From Calditrichia bacterium (GTDB lineage: Bacteria; Calditrichota; Calditrichia; JAJRVZ01): a stretch of DNA of 64,000 nt. Positions 33,301 through 43,385 of the stretch are shown here, in pieces; within the stretch, counting starts at the first letter, position 1, and the number at the start of each line of letters is the position of its first letter. The translations under genes were made by a program, and so were the position numbers. The notes below the pieces were generated by a model that was not told the origin of the DNA, did no database searches, and saw nothing but the letters and a program-made list of their open reading frames with translations. The stretch is taken from the NCBI GenBank assembly GCA_963796965.1, contig CAWCNS010000005.1, positions 1,024,001-1,088,000 on the forward strand, read 5' to 3'.

Positions 33301-35556
33301 ATTTCCTTCTGTGAATACCCAACAATATCACAAAACTTCTGGTTTATACGAACAAAACTACCTTCAGGCGAAACATGTGCTATGCCTACCGCCGCCTGCT
33401 CGAAAGTAGAACGAAAGCGCTCTTCGCTCTCCTCCAGAAGTGCCTTCCTTTCCCTTTGCTCTGTGATGTCTTCCACAAAAAAAACGGCGTTGATAACCTG
33501 GCCATTAGTATTTTTCAAAGGGAATCCGCGCACTTGCGCCCAAAGTTCGTGAGGAACGGTTTCATGACCTACACTTTTAGTGGCCTCATCGGTTGAATAT
33601 TTATAGGGCGGAAAAATGACATCTTCGCCTGCATATACCCCCTCAATATAGGGCTTTAACCCGAGTGCTTCCGCCTGTTCGTCTGTGCGAACATTATAGT
33701 GTGTTAGCACCTGGTTCAGCGCCTCCCCCTCCAGATTATGCATGGTTGCAAAGGCCGGATTTGCTTGGACGATTTTTCCTTCCAAATCATGAATTTCAAT
33801 GCCCATCGGAGTCTGTTCCACCAGGCGACGGAAACGGGATTCCTTTTCAATAATTTCAGCTGTACGTTCAGCAACCTTACGTTTCAGACTTCTATTCCAG
33901 AAAATAATAAGAAAGAATATTAATAGTATGCTGCTACCAAAGATAAGCACCCATTTCAGCACATCTTCTTTATGAATGCCATGATCGTATTGCACGGATA
34001 AATACTTGCCCTGCATGGCTGATCGCTCCTCCACGGTGATGCCATCCAATACCTTGTTGATTATTCCTGTAAGTTCTGGCCAGTCCTTGCGAACGCCAAA
34101 GGCCATTTCGTGCTCTGGCATCGGACTGGGAGCAGCTACCCGCACATTGGTGAGTCCATGCTTTTGAATCAGGTAGGATGTCACGGTAAGATTACCGACA
34201 AATGCGTCTGCTGTGCCCTCGGCCAGCATGTGTAACCCCTGCTCCGCACTGCGACAGTAAACGAGATTAACCGCTGGATACTCCCGAGCAAGAGCTTGCT
34301 CTATTACAGTTCCCTTATTAACGATAACACGCTTCCCAATCAGATCGGAAATCGTCGTAATAAAAGCCGCATCCATTCGCGTATAAAAAACGACGGGAGA
34401 AACTTGGTATGGATTGCTGAATAAAACATTCCGTTCTTCAGGAGAAAACATCATGCTGGGAATAACATCCGGCCCCTCAAGGTTCTGGAGTCCGCGAAGG
34501 GCCTCGGCATAACTTGATGATGTGGACTCCAGCTTAAATTTTACTCCGGTTTGCTCAGTAATACGTTTTAGATAGTCAGGTACAATGCCGGTGGGCTTTC
34601 CCTGTCCAAGAATAGTGTACGGAGGAAAATTAACTATTCGAACCCGAATGGTATGCTTCTGAGCAATCCATTCCTTTTCATCTTGGTTAAGTTCTGTAGA
34701 CTCCACCTGCTTTGGTAAATAACTCCATTTAGAAATGATGGCATGAATTTCTGGTTCTGATATTAAAGCAATACCCTTGTTTAATATTGAAACTAGTTCA
34801 GGATAATCGTCCCTTACTCCAATTCCAAACGATTCCGGTTTATTCGTAAATACATGTGCAGGCACAACACCAAGCAGTTGGTATTTAGGAATAAAAAAAG
34901 AATTGGTAGAGAGTCCGAAGAAATAATCAACGTCTCCTTTTTGAACTTTTTGAAGTCCTTCAAGCGCATTATCTACTTCTATTATATTTATCTTATGTTT
35001 TAAACTTTCGATATATTTTTGGGTGATATACACTCCTTTGATTACAGCCACACGTTTGCCCGAAAAATTTTCGATGTTATTAAAAGAAACTCCTTTACGT
35101 GCATAAACTGCGAGATAGCCTGGCCAGTATGCATTTGTAGATGTCAGGCCCAGACTGTCGCAATATTCAGGATGTATATTTAAAACACCATCGATGTTCT
35201 TCTTTTGCGCGTTGTCAAGGACTTCTGGTATTGGGTTAATACTTAAATTTATGTTGGTTCCAAGTTTTTGGTTTAGTAAGCTCAGAAAATCAACAAGCAT
35301 TCCCGAATAAGCTTCCATCTGCCTTTACAATAATTTCCGGTTCAAGGTCAGCCGTATATCCAAGGGTAATCTCCGGGTGCTCTTCCAGCCAGGCCCGCTC
35401 CTCGGGAGTAAGGTTGACGGTTACTTCCTGATCAGTTGCCGGGAAACTCTCCTGAGCTCGAAGAATTCCTGAATTTGCAAAGATGAGTAGTAGAAATAAT
35501 AACGATGTTTTTGATACAATTTTCACATTGACACCCATTTGATGATTTCTCAACAT
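30368..35556 (-). CDS. Large sensor histidine kinase: two periplasmic substrate-binding domains, TM, about seven PAS domains, HisKA_3 and HATPase (several frameshifts)
   Basis: LTPEERAWLEEHPEI and LNQDEKEWIAQKHTI SBP starts; TM then WNRSLKRKVAERT; repeated DITERK linkers; EEKERRRIATDLHDQIGQ; RELLTNVIKHA, QDNGVGF; stop 30368. Confidence 0.88.
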
Positions 35557-35652
35557 AAATCAATACTTTCTCATCACCATCAGATTTTTTGTGATTGATT
35601 TTTGAATATAGGTGAAATATATCAATAATATAAATTTAGATAAAGCAAATAT

Positions 35653-35858
35653 AAAGGTTCAGGGTTCAGAGTTAAAAGTTCAAGGTTTGGGATTGGAGTA
35701 ATGGAGTGTTGGAGTAATGGAGTAATGTAGAATAATCGTTATTAGTAATTAGTAATTTGTAATTTGTAATTACAATTTTTCTCCATTACTCCAGTACTCC
35801 AGTTCATAATTCCACCACTCCTATACTCCAACTTTGAACCCTGAACTTTGAACCTTTA
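35653..35858. repeat. Nested inverted short-tandem-repeat block (heptamer outer arms, octamer inner arms)
   Basis: aaaggttcagggttcagag / ctttgaaccctgaactttgaaccttt outside ggagtaatggagtgtt / ctccattactccagtactcc. Confidence 0.75.
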
Positions 35859-35923
35859 ACGGCCAAACTACAACTTATTTACAACTTTCGGGTCTGTTAA
35901 TATTTGGCATAATATATTATTTT
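35853..35923 (+). promoter_or_regulatory. Conserved operator/promoter motif, copy 4 (plus strand)
   Basis: ggccaaactacaacttatttacaactttcgggtctg is the reverse complement of copy 3 with one box fewer; TATTTT 22 nt after GGGTCT. Confidence 0.75.
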
Positions 35924-35952
35924 TTACTCATTCTATCATACCCGGAGGTCAA

Positions 35953-37303
35953 ATGTTTTTTAATCAAAAAAAAACAATATCAAATAAAAAGGTAGACAGC
36001 CGCCTTATAAAATACATATTTCATCAGAAAACAATCAGATTGATTTCTGGATTATTTTTTTTCTTTATGATCATGTTTCTAATCAACGGTTGCGCAGGAA
36101 GCAGCGGATATCAAGAACTGAAATTTAAAGATGAAAACTATAAAGATATCAAAATCCATGGTATGCTTGATAAAGATTTTGCCAGTAAAAATTTTGGTGG
36201 TTTTAGATTTGTTTTTGAAAATGCACGCGACCAATGGTCGACAATTGAAAATATCCAATTGTCATTTACTGAAGACAGTGCAAAAAAATATATTAAAGCC
36301 CTAGATCAACGGGGATTAAAATTATGGGGAAAAGCCATTCTGCAGCAAGAACACATTAAGGGATCAGATTTCAATCAGCTACAATCTGCCTTGATCAAAG
36401 CCGGTTCAAGTTTTACCGGTATCGTCATTGATGAAGGAGGGCTTACTGACATGGCTGCCGGTGAAGGAAAAAAAAGGTATCCGGATGATCATCTTTATGC
36501 CGAAGAGTTTATTCTTCCGCCCAATTTTGCTGTTGAAAAGTGGATTCTCTTCGAATCCTCACATCATAAAAATATTCCCTATGTTACCGATCTTCAATTG
36601 GAATTTGACATTGAGAACCAACATGAACAGGCGGAATTACAATTTCGTAATAAATCATCACGATATAAAAATTTTATATGGTTTGATCCAACCCGTAAAA
36701 GATCTCTTAATTTTTATCTGGGTATTAGTGTGGGCTCCGCTTTTCCAATGGGTGAGTTTAGCGACAGGGCAAACAAACAAGACTATATTTTAAATAGTTT
36801 CGGGATAAATAGCTGATTTAACATTATTAACAAATCTCGGACTAAATATTGCTCTGGATTATCAAACATTCCAATCCCGGGCTAAACTACCAGCCGGTGC
36901 AGATTCGCTTTTTTTGTTAAATATGGACTTTGAATTTAGCAGTTGGCAAAATATATCCTTCTTAATCAGTCCCAGATTTGTTATCCCTCTAAATTTAAAA
37001 CTTGACCTGTTCGCAGAATTGGCAGTTGGTGTGGTCATGAGTACATCGCCGACGATAATTACAAGACGGGCCGGATTAGAGGTTGATGAACTTGAAGGTC
37101 AAAGCAGTCTGTCACTGGCGGGAGGGTTTGCTCTTGGCTCCAGATTTTATTTATCAAATAAAATGAGTCTTGATATAAAAGGGGAATTTATCCCTTTTCT
37201 CGAGCCCACATTTACTTACGATTTTGCTGATAATGGAGAAACAAAGATAAAGCAGGACATGAGTCAGTTTAAAATTAAGGCCAGTTTGAATTGGGATCTG
37301 TGA
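35953..37303 (+). CDS. Putative lipoprotein with C-terminal outer-membrane beta-barrel (frameshift near 36810)
   Basis: GGAGG RBS; INGC lipobox; LGISVGSAFPMGEF; second ORF ends FKIKASLNWDL. Confidence 0.55.
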
Positions 37304-37340
37304 TGAGGTAAATGAATGCATTTAATAGTTAAAACTTGGG

Positions 37341-37616
37341 ATTTAGCTCGTAACTTAGAATCCCTTACGGTTGTAACGGGCAGATCCTTACGGGTATAGC
37401 GATTAGAACGTTACGACTTACTCAATGTCATCGTTATAGCTTACTTTGTGCTATTGTTATAGCTTACTCAGTGTTATCGTACTAGCTTAGTTGGTGTCAT
37501 TGTTATAGATTACTTGGCTTCAGCGTTACGACCTAGTCGACTTCATCGTCACGACTTACTTGCCTTCATTATTACGGTAATAACGACTTCCCCCTTACGG
37601 TCGTAACGACGAGCTA
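37341..37616. repeat. Degenerate tandem array of about twelve 23-bp units
   Basis: Units start at 37364, 37387, 37410, 37433, 37456, 37479, 37502, 37525, 37548, 37571, 37594 (e.g. gttatagcttactcagtgttatc). Confidence 0.85.
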
Positions 37617-37683
37617 GTTTATAATCGTAAGAATTTTAGATTTGAAATTTATTTCGAATTTCGGATTTAGTGCTTAGAATTTA

Positions 37684-37708
37684 AAAATCCCGCTGGAAGC
37701 GGGATTTT
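37684..37708 (-). terminator. Intrinsic terminator of tRNA-Lys
   Basis: aaaatcccgc-tggaa-gcgggatttt hairpin with T tracts, directly 3' of the tRNA. Confidence 0.8.
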
Positions 37709-37712
37709 CTTG

Positions 37713-37785
37713 TGAGCCAGGAAGGATTCGAACCTTCGACAAACGGCTTAAAAGGCCGCTGCTCTACCAACTGAGCTACTGGCCC
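37713..37785 (-). tRNA. tRNA-Lys (UUU), CCA not encoded
   Basis: GGGCCAGTAGCTCAGTTGGTAGAGCAGCGGCCTTTTAAGCCGTTTGTCGAAGGTTCGAATCCTTCCTGGCTCA; anticodon loop CTTTTAA. Confidence 0.97.
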
Positions 37786-37943
37786 ACTATTTCAAATAGA
37801 CCTATAATTTAACTACAATTTATTTTTATGTCAAATGTGCTTTTGGGTTCTATGAAAATATTTACATTTATATATTAAATCAACGGGCTTGTCGCCGGCA
37901 AGCCCCTACGCTATACTCTCAACGCTCTACGCTTTTCGGAGAA

Positions 37944-38669
37944 TCATTCCCCTGACCGATTTTCATCCATAATCCGACAGGCTTCCATGATCACATTCAT
38001 GGTTCCGGTTTTTATATTATGAGGAAAGTCTTCATCGGAGACTTCAAAATTAAAGGTGCCATCTTCAAAGGTTACCATCTCATAGATAGCATCTTCACCT
38101 TCTTTATCATCAATCTTGGATCCGATCAAATTCCCACCCTGTAGATAAATCTCTCCGCTGCCGCGGCCTTCAATCTTCAAAACGCCGGATTTCTTATTCA
38201 GGTTTAACATCTGAACTAACTCAACGATACTTAAATCCTTTAATTCACCAGCAAAAGATTTCTTCGATTCTGTTTTATCCTCAATCGTTTTTAATTTTTG
38301 TGTCCTGTCCAAAAGTTCAGAGACACGTTCCAATAATTCTTTCCGATCGATCGGTTTATTCAAATATTCATCAGCGCCAGCTCGAAAACCACGAATCTCC
38401 ATTTCAGAATCGTCAAAGGAGGTTAAAAATATAAATGGAACCAGAGGCACTTTAGAATTTTCACGAATCATCCAGCACAATTCAATACCATCCATCTGTG
38501 GCATCATGATATCTGATATTATCAAATCAGGGATCTCTTTATTGGCAACCTCAAAGGCGACTTCCCCATTTTCAGCTTCAACGATATCATAACCCGCTTT
38601 GGACAAACTAATATTAAGCAGTTTTAAAACATTCGGGTTATCATCAACAATTAATATCTTGTTCCCCAT
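37944..38669 (-). CDS. Response regulator with C-terminal DUF4388 (PatA-N-like) domain
   Basis: ILIVDD, PDLIISDIMMPQMDG; FAGELKDLSIVELVQMLNLNKKSGVL. Confidence 0.85.
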   Translation of the reverse strand: MGNKILIVDDNPNVLKLLNISLSKAGYDIVEAENGEVAFEVANKEIPDLIISDIMMPQMDGIELCWMIRENSKVPLVPFIFLTSFDDSEMEIRGFRAGADEYLNKPIDRKELLERVSELLDRTQKLKTIEDKTESKKSFAGELKDLSIVELVQMLNLNKKSGVLKIEGRGSGEIYLQGGNLIGSKIDDKEGEDAIYEMVTFEDGTFNFEVSDEDFPHNIKTGTMNVIMEACRIMDENRSGE

Positions 38670-38995
38670 CAATTACTCCCCAGAGAAAAAAAATTTGGTT
38701 AAATATACAAATTCAGGATGAAGTTTGGAAATTTAATCCACGGATTCCACGAATTTTTAAATTAAATTATACTTGACTCTTTTAAAGTTATCCTGAATCA
38801 CACCAGCAGACGGATATTCCTGCCATCTAACTTGTATTCAGATTTTTAATACTTAATGAATCCTTTGGTAAATTCTCTCAACTGATTTTAAAATATTATA
38901 GTCTTAAATTCGTGAAATTCGAAATAATCCGGCCTGGCTCGTTCTACGAGCGCAATTCGTGGATAATTTTTTGTCTTTTTTCTTTATCTTTTTTC

Positions 38996-40451
38996 TTATT
39001 CTTTTTTCTGATACCAATTAATATCCAGATTTCGGGCTGCTGCAACTTCATCTAACCTTCTGACAGGCGTAGTATAAGGAGCCTGGTGTAATTTTTCCGG
39101 ATTCTCAGTAATCTCATCGTCAATTTTAATTAAGGCATCAGCAAAATAATCGAGCATTTCTTTGCTCTCGGTCTCTGTCGGTTCAATCATCATTGCCTCT
39201 TTGACAATTATCGGAAAATATACAGTTGGGGGATGGATACCAAAATCAAGAAGCCGTTTGGCGATGTCCATTGCCTTACCACCTCTTTGTTTCTGTTTTT
39301 CGGCAGAAAGCACAAATTCATGCATGGTCTTCGAGGGATATCCAAGATCATATTTATCTTTTAGTCTAGCGTATAAATAATTGGCATTAATAATCGCATG
39401 TTCGGCAATTTTACGAAATCCTGCTGCGCCTACCATACGAATATAAACATAGGCCCTTAACAAAAGTGCAAAATTACCATAATAGCTATGAACCCGACCC
39501 ATGGATTTTTCATTGATACCATCGAATTGGTATGAACCTCCATCAAATCTTACAAGCGGTCCGGGAAGATAATCGACCAGTTTGCTATTGACAAGCACAG
39601 GACCAGTACCGGGTCCGCCCCCACCATGGGGCGTGGAGAAACTTTTATGCAAATTCAAATGCATGACGTCAAATCCCATATCTCCAGGTCTCACAATACC
39701 AAACAGGGCATTCATATTTGCCCCATCCATGTAAAACAGAGCATCTACAGACTCAAGTATCGCCTTTATTTCTTTCACCTGGTGATCAAATATACCAAGG
39801 GTATTAGGATTTGTGAGCATCAAACCAGCAACATCAGGTGAGATTTTCTCCCGGAGATCATCAAGGTCAACGACACCTGCATCATTGGATTTAATTGTAC
39901 AAATATCAAACCCTGCAATCGCCGCACTAGCCGGATTTGTACCATGGGCTGAGTCCGGAATGAGAATAATATTACGCTCTTCATTTTTTGACTTGTGATA
40001 TTGCTGCATTAAAAGGAGACCTACGAGTTCACCTTGTGAACCCGCTGCGGGTTGTAAGGTAACACCCTGCATGCCTGTAATTTCCTTAAGGTATTCCTGT
40101 AGTTCAAAAAGGATTTGTAAGGCGCCCTGCACATCTTCCGGATCCTGATCTGGATGTAGGTTTGCAAATTCTGGCATTGAAGCAATTTTTTCATTGATCT
40201 TGGGATTATATTTCATTGTACAACTGCCCAGGGGGTAAAATGCTTTATCCACATGATGATTCATACACTGAAAGTGCCGTAAAATGACGAACAACCTCAT
40301 TTTCAGCAACCTCCGGTAAATCTGCATCCTTATTTCTTAAATATTTTGAGTCGATCAAATCGGAAAGGGATTTTTCCGGTACATCACATGTCGGCAGAAC
40401 ATGCCCTCTTCTTCCCTCCCTACTCAAATCGAACAACAACTTCCTATACAT
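38996..40451 (-). CDS. gcvPB: Glycine dehydrogenase subunit 2 (frameshift near 40265)
   Basis: FYPLGSCTMKYNPKINE, PDSAHGTNPASA, HLNLHKSFSTPHGGGGPG, PVRRLDEV. Confidence 0.95.
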
Positions 40452-40464
40452 ATTTACTCCTGGT

Positions 40465-41490
40465 TTAAAGCAATTCTGCAGCTGAGATTGTTTTATTTTT
40501 CCCAATCGTCTTGGCTCTATTCAATGCTCTTTGGGTCAACTCTATGAGATCATTTTCGTTGTTCATTTTTCCTGCAGCAGGAAACGCAGCAACACCCAAG
40601 CAAGCCGTTATCTCTGTTTCATCGCGTTTATTACGCTTCAATTTATCATTTTTTTCTAGTAACGAATTATCAATGTATTCTGTTTGATTAATAGCCACAC
40701 GTAGTCGCTCTGCTTCAAACACACCGCTTTGTAAATTTGTTCTAGGTAAAATAACAGAAAAGTCTGCACCATCTAATTTGCACACTGTATCTGAAAAACG
40801 GGTGTGAAGTTGAAGGACATTGGCAATTTTCATTAAAATAAAATCACCCACATCATGCCCATAATTATCATTGAACCGACCAAATGAATCAATATCAATA
40901 AAGATCAGGGATAGTGGGCTCTCGTATCTTAAAGCCCGATGGAACTCTTCCCGCAACTTGACCTCAAAATGTGAACGATTACAGATACCTGTTAACTTAT
41001 CAATTAAAGCCGTTTCTTCCAGATTTCTGTTAATTTGATTTAATTTATCAATCTCGGTTAATAGTTTGCTGCGAATTTCCGTTCCATTCTGCTGATCCGC
41101 AGAGATCTTTAGTGACATATGTGCTTTTTTAATCATTCGATGAGAATGAGCCACCAGTTCCCGGATATTTAGCGGCTTTAGTAAGCAATCATCTCCTCCC
41201 GCATTCAGGAAGTCTTCTCTGATATCCTTATCTTTTTTTTCTGTGGCCAGAAAAAGAATCGGGATATTCTTGGTTTTTCTTTTCTTTTTTAAAGTTTTTC
41301 CTGTCAAAAGTGAATCGATCGATAAGTGATCGGCATCAAAGATAATGAGATCGGGTAAAGCTCTTTCTGCTGTTGATAAGAGATCCTGCACCTCACTACA
41401 AATAATCATCTCCGACTGATATGAGGCGAAGAGACTTTCGAGTGATGAGGCAATATCCTTTTTTTCACCAAAATAGATAATTTTTGACAT
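40465..41490 (-). CDS. Receiver-GGDEF protein with degenerate active site
   Basis: DKLTGICNR, FIDIDSF..FNDNYGHDVGD, RFSD...LDGADF in place of GG(D/E)EF. Confidence 0.85.
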   Translation of the reverse strand: MSKIIYFGEKKDIASSLESLFASYQSEMIICSEVQDLLSTAERALPDLIIFDADHLSIDSLLTGKTLKKKRKTKNIPILFLATEKKDKDIREDFLNAGGDDCLLKPLNIRELVAHSHRMIKKAHMSLKISADQQNGTEIRSKLLTEIDKLNQINRNLEETALIDKLTGICNRSHFEVKLREEFHRALRYESPLSLIFIDIDSFGRFNDNYGHDVGDFILMKIANVLQLHTRFSDTVCKLDGADFSVILPRTNLQSGVFEAERLRVAINQTEYIDNSLLEKNDKLKRNKRDETEITACLGVAAFPAAGKMNNENDLIELTQRALNRAKTIGKNKTISAAELL

Positions 41491-41645
41491 AAACTACCGA
41501 TTAAAGAAGATATGAGTATTTGGCATTTATATATAATGCAAATCCTAATCTCTAATATCTAAATCCTAAACAATTCCTAATTCCACAATCCAAAATCAAT
41601 AATCTTGTGGCGAGTTCCTAATCCCAAATAATTAATTACAAATTA

Positions 41646-42977
41646 CTAATTCCCAATCACTTCCTTCATTACCTTAACGTAAGTATCCAGCTCTTCTTTT
41701 GTTCTTTTTTCGGTAACGGCAATGAGTAGGTGATCGGGAAAACCTGCTTGCTGTAAATCAGATCCTCCCTGTATTCCCTTCTCTGCCATTTCTTTAAGTA
41801 TTGCAGTTGCATTTATAGGTAATTTAATAACAAACTCCTTAAAAAATGGCGCCTTTCCACAGAGATTAACGCCATCAATTTTTGATAGATTCTCAGCAAG
41901 ATAATGAGATTTTTGGAGACAGAGATTCGCGACTTCTTTTATTCCAGATTTACCAACAGCAGCAAGATATATGGTTGCTGCCAGGGCCAGGAGACCCGAG
42001 TTAGTGCAGATATTCGACGTTGCTTTCTCGCGACGAATATGCTGTTCACGGGTCTGAAGAGTTAGAACAAATCCGGGTTTTTGTTCAAGATCAGTCGTCT
42101 GACCTACAATTCGGCCGGGGATTTTCCTTAAAAGTTCCTTTTTTGTGGAGAAAAGTCCGACAAAAGGACCACCAAAATTTTGATGATTACCTAACACTTG
42201 TCCTTCGGCCACAGCAATATCTGAATGATACTCCCCCGGCGGTGCGATAAGCCCGAGAGATATGGGATCATAAAAAGTAATCAGAAGCGTCTTCCGCTCA
42301 TCCAGGAGTTTTCCAATACGCCTGGTATCATCTAAATATCCAAAATAATTTGGTTGTTGAATAATTACAGCAGCGTAATCATCATCCAATTGTTTTTCCA
42401 ATGCTTCCACGTTGAGGGAAAAATCATGAATGGGCAGGTTTTCAATTATTATATCATTGTGATTAATATAGGTTTGAAGCAAGGCCAAATAGCGGGGATT
42501 CAAGGACCCGGCAACAAGCACTTTTTGCTTTCTTGTATGTGTACACGCCAATAACATTGCCTCTGCCAGAGCAGAGCCACCCTCATACATAGAAGCATTG
42601 GTAACATCCATTCCAGACAATTCACTTATCATTGACTGAAACTCATAAATGGATTGTAATGTACCCTGACTCACCTCGGGCTGGTAAGGCGTATAAGCCG
42701 TATAGAACTCTGAACGACCGATGAGAGCATCAACAATAGCCGGGACATAATGATCATAAACACCGCCACCCATAAAAGATATACCCTGTTTATTTTTGTG
42801 GGCAAGTGATGTGATATAATTGGTAATCTCTGCTTCAGATATTGCTGAAGGAATGTTTAGTTCAGAATTAAAGCGCAAATTGTCAGGAATATTTGAAATC
42901 AATTCTTCAAAACTATCAACACCTATCACGGTGAGCATCTTCTGAATATCTTCATCTGAATTCGTCAAAAATGGCAT
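41646..42977 (-). CDS. gcvPA: Glycine dehydrogenase subunit 1
   Basis: RSEFYTAYTPYQPEVSQGTLQ, LTLQTREQHIRREKATSNICTN. Confidence 0.97.
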   Translation of the reverse strand: MPFLTNSDEDIQKMLTVIGVDSFEELISNIPDNLRFNSELNIPSAISEAEITNYITSLAHKNKQGISFMGGGVYDHYVPAIVDALIGRSEFYTAYTPYQPEVSQGTLQSIYEFQSMISELSGMDVTNASMYEGGSALAEAMLLACTHTRKQKVLVAGSLNPRYLALLQTYINHNDIIIENLPIHDFSLNVEALEKQLDDDYAAVIIQQPNYFGYLDDTRRIGKLLDERKTLLITFYDPISLGLIAPPGEYHSDIAVAEGQVLGNHQNFGGPFVGLFSTKKELLRKIPGRIVGQTTDLEQKPGFVLTLQTREQHIRREKATSNICTNSGLLALAATIYLAAVGKSGIKEVANLCLQKSHYLAENLSKIDGVNLCGKAPFFKEFVIKLPINATAILKEMAEKGIQGGSDLQQAGFPDHLLIAVTEKRTKEELDTYVKVMKEVIGN

Positions 42978-42994
42978 CTTTTTTTGCTCTTTCG

Positions 42995-43375
42995 TTATTG
43001 TCCGATATGACTCTGATAGCTGGCCGCATCCATCAAGTTTTCATACTCTTTTTCTGATTCAATTTTCATTTTTACCATCCAACCCTTACCATAGGGATCA
43101 GAATTTATTGTTTCAGGTGCATCACTCAGCGTTTCATTAACCTCCACAATTTCTCCACTGAGGGGCAGATACAGGTCAGACGCAGCCTTAACCGCTTCAA
43201 TACTTCCAAAGGCATCATTTTGACTAAATTTATCGCCCGCAGCCGGCAGGTCTAGATAAACGATGTCTCCTAATTCGCCCTGTGCATAGTCAGTAATTCC
43301 AACGACAACCAACTCACCCTCTTTTCGTGCCCACTCATGATCGTCCGTATACTTTAATTCTTCCGGGATACTCAT
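42995..43375 (-). CDS. gcvH: Glycine cleavage system H protein
   Basis: YTDDHEW, VGITDYAQGELGDIVY, lipoyl motif IEAVKAASD, NSDPYGKGW. Confidence 0.97.
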   Translation of the reverse strand: MSIPEELKYTDDHEWARKEGELVVVGITDYAQGELGDIVYLDLPAAGDKFSQNDAFGSIEAVKAASDLYLPLSGEIVEVNETLSDAPETINSDPYGKGWMVKMKIESEKEYENLMDAASYQSHIGQ

Positions 43376-43385
43376 TATTCCTCCA

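Noticed and set aside
37341..37616. CRISPR array
   Set aside because: Units are contiguous and degenerate with no constant repeat/unique spacer alternation; no cas genes in the window
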